DNA of 37,755 nt from positions 1 through 37,755 of IMG/VR virus record IMGVR_UViG_3300037467_000574; one strand, given 5' to 3'. This document shows positions 33,531 through 37,755 of the stretch, in pieces; within the stretch, counting starts at the first letter, position 1, and the number at the start of each line of letters is the position of its first letter. A program made the position numbers and the translations under genes. Below the pieces are notes generated by a model, which had not been told where the DNA came from, ran no database searches, and was given only the letters and a program-made list of their open reading frames with translations. The DNA comes from a virus. Lineage: Duplodnaviria > Caudoviricetes.

Positions 33531-33932
33531 ATGCCCGCGTTCTCCGACACCGACAAGAGCCGTATTCGTGCCCACCTGGGTTACCCCGACGTGGACACGG
33601 GCGCTTCCGGTTTCGGAGGCGTGGTGCGGGCCAACACCGTCCAGAATGAACTTGAGTTCGCTATGGACCACGTCACCGCGAACTGCGTGACCCGGGTACA
33701 AGGCTTCTTGACCTCGCTCGATGGCATCGAGACCCAGATGGTCGAAGCCAACGAACGCCTCCAGGCCAGCAAGGCCGACGTGGTCGTTCTGAACCCCGAC
33801 GAGCACAAGGAACTGCTAAGGCAGTACAAGTATTGGCAGAGCCGTGTCTGCAACGTAATGGCCGTCAAGGTCAACCCCTACGCCGAATCGAGCGGCCTGG
33901 GTATCAATGTGCGGCTCGCCCGCCGGAGGTAG
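33531..33932 (+). CDS. Putative head-tail adaptor
   Basis: FSDTDKSRIRAHLGYP N-terminus, helical; typical position. Confidence 0.6.
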   Translation: MPAFSDTDKSRIRAHLGYPDVDTGASGFGGVVRANTVQNELEFAMDHVTANCVTRVQGFLTSLDGIETQMVEANERLQASKADVVVLNPDEHKELLRQYKYWQSRVCNVMAVKVNPYAESSGLGINVRLARRR

Positions 33933-33935
33933 CTT

Positions 33936-34688
33936 GTGCCCTTCGACTACCGCTTCGTACAGAAGCTAAGTAACTTCGGACGCGGGTTGGCTGGCGAGTT
34001 TGTCGGCCAACCCTTCACCGTGTACCGGTTGAACGCCTCGTCTACGGGCGATGTGCTGGTTCCCGGTAACGTCGTGCTCACCGACCTGGGCATCAAGGTC
34101 ACCCACCAACGTAAGATGGACTCCATCGAGAACGACGTGCTCAAGGCCAATACGTTCGAGTTCTTGGTGTCGAGCGACGTTGTCAAGATTGGTGACGTGC
34201 TGGTGCAAGGCGACACGGAGTACGGCAGCGACAGTCGCTACGCCATCATCAGCAACCGGCCCTTGAAGCCGGTAATGGCGGCGCGCGTCGAAGCGAACTG
34301 CTACATCAAGCGTCCCTGGGCCGCGCACACGGGCGACGACTACAACGGCTCTACCACGGCTAGCGAACTGCCTTACGTGCTGAACAACGGCGCGTTTAGC
34401 ATCGGGCAGACCGCCGACACGCCCGCCGTCATCCCGTGCGGCATCACGTCCATCGCCCAGTTGAAGAATATGAAGCCGGAACGTCTGCCGTTGGACGTTA
34501 CGACTAGCTGGTGGTACATCTACGTGCCTTATATGACCGGGCTGCAACGTATCCGCGAGAACGACGTAGTATACCACCTCAACGGCACCGATGACGATGT
34601 TCCCATTCGTTACCGCGTCCACATCCCGCTTATTTCCGATGCGGGGTCTGCGGGCCAATTCCTAGTGTGCGAAAGGTTGACCCCGTAA
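33936..34688 (+). CDS. Putative head closure/neck protein
   Basis: GGAGG RBS with GTG start; beta-rich; position. Confidence 0.55.
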   Translation: MPFDYRFVQKLSNFGRGLAGEFVGQPFTVYRLNASSTGDVLVPGNVVLTDLGIKVTHQRKMDSIENDVLKANTFEFLVSSDVVKIGDVLVQGDTEYGSDSRYAIISNRPLKPVMAARVEANCYIKRPWAAHTGDDYNGSTTASELPYVLNNGAFSIGQTADTPAVIPCGITSIAQLKNMKPERLPLDVTTSWWYIYVPYMTGLQRIRENDVVYHLNGTDDDVPIRYRVHIPLISDAGSAGQFLVCERLTP

Positions 34689-35566
34689 TGGCTACCTTGG
34701 ACAGTGTGATGGTCCTTCTGAAGCAGACGGTGGAGCAGGCGTTGCTGCCCCTCCAGACCACGCCGCCCGCTCAACCCGCGCACAAGGTTTACCGGGGCTT
34801 CCCCGTGCCTGAGACCTTGAACAACGACTTGCGCCAGAACATCGTTCACGTATCCATCGCCGTGGCCCAGGCGGGGGACCGCGCGGATGACAGTATGATT
34901 ACGTCGATGCAACAGCTTACCGACCCCGACGTACAGTTGACGGCGGTAGTGTCTGGTACGCAGCTAAACGCTGCTTCGACTAGCGTTCCGGCCACGGGTA
35001 CCATCACCTTGAGCGGGACCGTGGTGGCAGGCACGCACACAATGACCCAGATTGGCGACGTGTACGTACCTTACACCCCACCGGTTGGTGCAACGCCCGC
35101 GCAGGTCGCTACGGCGGTCGCCTCTGCCGTGAACGCTAACACGGATGCCGCCGCTATTGCTACGGCAGTGGCGGTGGGTAACGTCATTACCGTGACCACC
35201 GTGGGCAACGCCGTTAACGGTCACCGTGTAAAGTTCGACTTCAAGATTGGCGGTACCGCGCTGATGGTAGAGGAAACGGGCCGCCGCCACGTCGAGTTTC
35301 AGATTAACGTCTACGGGTACGATGACCCCAGTCGTGCGCGGTACGCCAACACCCTGGACACGGCCCTGTCCGCGATGGACTTCCTTGTACCCGAAGATGA
35401 CGTACCCGCAAAGCTAGTCTACGTGCGCTCCCAGCAGATTGACAGGGAACTGTCACACGTAGTCTATAGACGCACCCTTGTTTATTCGGTACAATATACC
35501 CAGACGGCCTTGACGACAGGCTATCAGGTACTAGCTGAACTCGTGAAAGTTCAAAGAGGAGGGTAA
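34688..35566 (+). CDS. Putative tail terminator/completion protein with inserted beta domain
   Basis: VYRGFPVP..L..DL N-terminus and YRRTLVYSVQY C-terminus; directly before the sheath; TAATG coupling. Confidence 0.6.
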   Translation: MATLDSVMVLLKQTVEQALLPLQTTPPAQPAHKVYRGFPVPETLNNDLRQNIVHVSIAVAQAGDRADDSMITSMQQLTDPDVQLTAVVSGTQLNAASTSVPATGTITLSGTVVAGTHTMTQIGDVYVPYTPPVGATPAQVATAVASAVNANTDAAAIATAVAVGNVITVTTVGNAVNGHRVKFDFKIGGTALMVEETGRRHVEFQINVYGYDDPSRARYANTLDTALSAMDFLVPEDDVPAKLVYVRSQQIDRELSHVVYRRTLVYSVQYTQTALTTGYQVLAELVKVQRGG

Positions 35567-35572
35567 TAACTG

Positions 35573-37429
35573 ATGCCTGTCACGCAGCAATCCAATTTCG
35601 TGGCGTCGAGCTTGGCGGTCAATGACATCTACGTGGTCATCGTCCGTCCGGTCAGCGTGTCCGTGCAGGGCGTTAGCACGTCCATCTGCGGCCTCGTCGG
35701 TACTGCGGCCTGGGGCCCGCTGAACACGCCCCTGACGGTCGGCTCCCCGCAGGAGTTGTCGCAGAACTTCGGCCCGCTCCGCAACAAGCCGAACGATATG
35801 CCCACGGACGCGCTCATCCTGCTCCGCGCTGGCGTTCCCGACGTGGAGTGCGTGCGCGTGTCGGACGGTACGGACGCTGCGGCCACCGCGCCCTGCGTCA
35901 GCGCCTCCACCGGCACCGTGACGGTCGGCGGCACGTTCAGCGCCGGTACGACCATCAACGTGACGGTCGCCGGTAACCTGGTGTCCTACCTCACCGTGGC
36001 GGGCGACACCAACCTGGCCGGTGTGGCCGCCAGCCTGGCCCTGGCGCTCAACAGCAACGCGACCTTCAAGCTGAGCTTCGAAGCCGTTGTGCTGTCTGGC
36101 TCCATCGTGACCATCGTGTCGAGCAAGAACGACAACACCACCACCCTGACCACGAGTGCTTCGGGCGGTACGGTCACCACCACCGCTTCCGGCGGCACCC
36201 TGACCGGCGGCGGCACGTCGCTCGGCACCTGGAACGCGCTGTGGACCGGCGACGAGGGTAACTACCTGTCGTGGCAGGCCACCAAGGGCGCGAAGTCCAC
36301 CCCGGCGGCGCGTACCTGGGACGTGACCATCTTCCGCACGGGCGCGGTCAACACCTCCGAGACCTTCAAGGACATCCCCCAGGCCACCTTCTCGGCTTCG
36401 CTGTCGAGCGCGTTGCTGAACGGCCAGTCCTCGACCCGTGGTCCTTCGGAGTTGGCCCGCTTCACGTCGGCCGGTGGCACCACCGCGCCGCATCAGCAGG
36501 CTACCGCCTTCACCGGCGGCCTGAACGGCGATGTGTCCGTTCTGACCGACGCCCAGCAGATGGGTTCGGACGTGGCGGAACCGGCCACCGGTATGTACTC
36601 GCTGCGCGGTCGCGGCGTGCAGCACATCGGCCTGTGCGGCAACACCAACTCGACCTCCTGGTCGGGCCTGCTGTCGTTCGCCAAGCAGAACGGTATGCTC
36701 GCCTACACGGCGTTCCCGACCGGTACGACCACTACCGCCGCCATCGCCGCGAAGGTCGCCGCTGGCATCGACGACCCTTACATCACCTTCGACAAGGACT
36801 TCGTCCAGTTCAACGACACCTACAACGGCCTCCTCCGGATGCTGTCGCCGATGCCGTTCGTGATGGGCCGTAAGGCCACGCTGCGTCCGAACGAGTCGCA
36901 CGGCAACAAGCCGATTGACGACATCCAGGCGACGGAGCGCACGTTGCAGAAGAAGACCTACCAGGTCGCGGAGACCGACAAGCTGACCCGCGCGGGCATC
37001 GGCTTCATCACCAACCCGTGCCCCGGCGGTGCCTTCTTCGGTCGTCGTCACGGCCTCAACGCCAGCAGCGACAACGCCGTGAACGGCGCTGAATACACGA
37101 CGATGACCAACTTCCTGGCGTACTCCCTGGTGGGTGCGTTCGGCAGCGCCATCGACAAGATTCAGACCCAAGCGCCGCGCGACCCCCTGCGCGTCAACAC
37201 GGAGACCAAGCTGCGCAACTTCCTGGGCTCCATCGGCCCCGGTACCTCCGAACAGCTCATCGAGGCGTACAACGTCGATATGAGCTTCGGCGCGGGCAAG
37301 GTCAACACCCCGCAGTCGGTGACGGATGGCTTTATGGTCGCGGAAGTCCCGGTCAAGTACATGTCCGTGGTCCGCTTCTTCGTCCTGCGACTCATCGGCG
37401 GTAAGACCGTCGAGGTCAAGGTCAGCTAG
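35573..37429 (+). CDS. Contractile tail sheath protein
   Basis: GVSTSICGLVGTAAWGPLNTP, CVRV, ALWTGDEGN, FTGGLNG, TGMYSL and a C-terminal sheath domain. Confidence 0.92.
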   Translation: MPVTQQSNFVASSLAVNDIYVVIVRPVSVSVQGVSTSICGLVGTAAWGPLNTPLTVGSPQELSQNFGPLRNKPNDMPTDALILLRAGVPDVECVRVSDGTDAAATAPCVSASTGTVTVGGTFSAGTTINVTVAGNLVSYLTVAGDTNLAGVAASLALALNSNATFKLSFEAVVLSGSIVTIVSSKNDNTTTLTTSASGGTVTTTASGGTLTGGGTSLGTWNALWTGDEGNYLSWQATKGAKSTPAARTWDVTIFRTGAVNTSETFKDIPQATFSASLSSALLNGQSSTRGPSELARFTSAGGTTAPHQQATAFTGGLNGDVSVLTDAQQMGSDVAEPATGMYSLRGRGVQHIGLCGNTNSTSWSGLLSFAKQNGMLAYTAFPTGTTTTAAIAAKVAAGIDDPYITFDKDFVQFNDTYNGLLRMLSPMPFVMGRKATLRPNESHGNKPIDDIQATERTLQKKTYQVAETDKLTRAGIGFITNPCPGGAFFGRRHGLNASSDNAVNGAEYTTMTNFLAYSLVGAFGSAIDKIQTQAPRDPLRVNTETKLRNFLGSIGPGTSEQLIEAYNVDMSFGAGKVNTPQSVTDGFMVAEVPVKYMSVVRFFVLRLIGGKTVEVKVS

Positions 37430-37464
37430 TCGTAGGCCCAGAAGATAGCTAGGAGGTATTAACC

Positions 37465-37755
37465 GTGGCTAATAAGGCATTGTTCAAGGCGTTCAACTTG
37501 GGGCGCGATATGGAGCTTCAGCTTCAGATTGACAAGCTCCTGAACGCCGTCATCCCCGCCTCCGCCGGTTCTCCGGCGGCGGTGCCCAACTTCGACATCA
37601 GCGAGATTGGGCTCCTCAAGTCGTTCAAGTGCGACCCGGTGTTCGAGAGCATCAACGTCGATGCTATCAACCTTGGTGGCGGCGAGACCAGCCGTGACGA
37701 GTTCAAGAAGTGGGACGGCCGCTTCGTGCTCATCCGTCAGACCGCCGCCAGCGAC
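37465..37755 (+). CDS. Probable tail tube protein, truncated by the window edge
   Basis: AGGAGG RBS, GTG at 37465, frame open to the end (MANKALFKAFNLGRDMELQL...); follows the sheath. Confidence 0.7.
   Translation, partial: MANKALFKAFNLGRDMELQLQIDKLLNAVIPASAGSPAAVPNFDISEIGLLKSFKCDPVFESINVDAINLGGGETSRDEFKKWDGRFVLIRQTAASD

Noticed and set aside
28332-37171. Long minus-strand ORFs (608, 545, 462 and 546 aa) opposite the structural genes
   Set aside because: Antisense shadows caused by the strong codon bias of the portal, scaffold, capsid and sheath genes.
1-37755. Integrase, att site, intron, intein or transposase
   Set aside because: No such motifs seen; TerL, the helicases and the capsid are uninterrupted and of normal length, so lifestyle cannot be inferred from this window.

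Overview
Roughly 63% GC segment of a tailed dsDNA phage with a contractile tail (myovirus-type). There are two divergent arms. The leftward (minus-strand) arm, 1-21585, holds recombination/replication genes (Dda/RecD-like SF1B helicase, UvsW-like SF2 helicase, Rad52-like annealing protein, Gam/Gp157-like protein, HTH and RHH regulators, a solo NAD-ligase Ia domain) followed by about 40 small early genes. A largely non-coding 2.5 kb control or terminus region (21586-24101) carries several repeat families. The rightward arm, 24102 to the end, is the morphogenesis operon: putative TerS, TerL, two HExxH proteins, portal, scaffold, major capsid, neck proteins, tail sheath and the start of the tail tube. 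The most striking unexplained signal is an RNA-level architecture in the early region. Seven identical 16-nt elements (GCTACCCGAAAGGAGC) each fold over the Shine-Dalgarno of a gene, and four sit directly downstream of structured intergenic RNAs. One of these is a 51-nt tRNA mimic with an acceptor stem and T-arm but no D or anticodon arm; another is a three-way-junction RNA next to a KTSC gene. All family calls come from motif recognition by eye; no searches were run.
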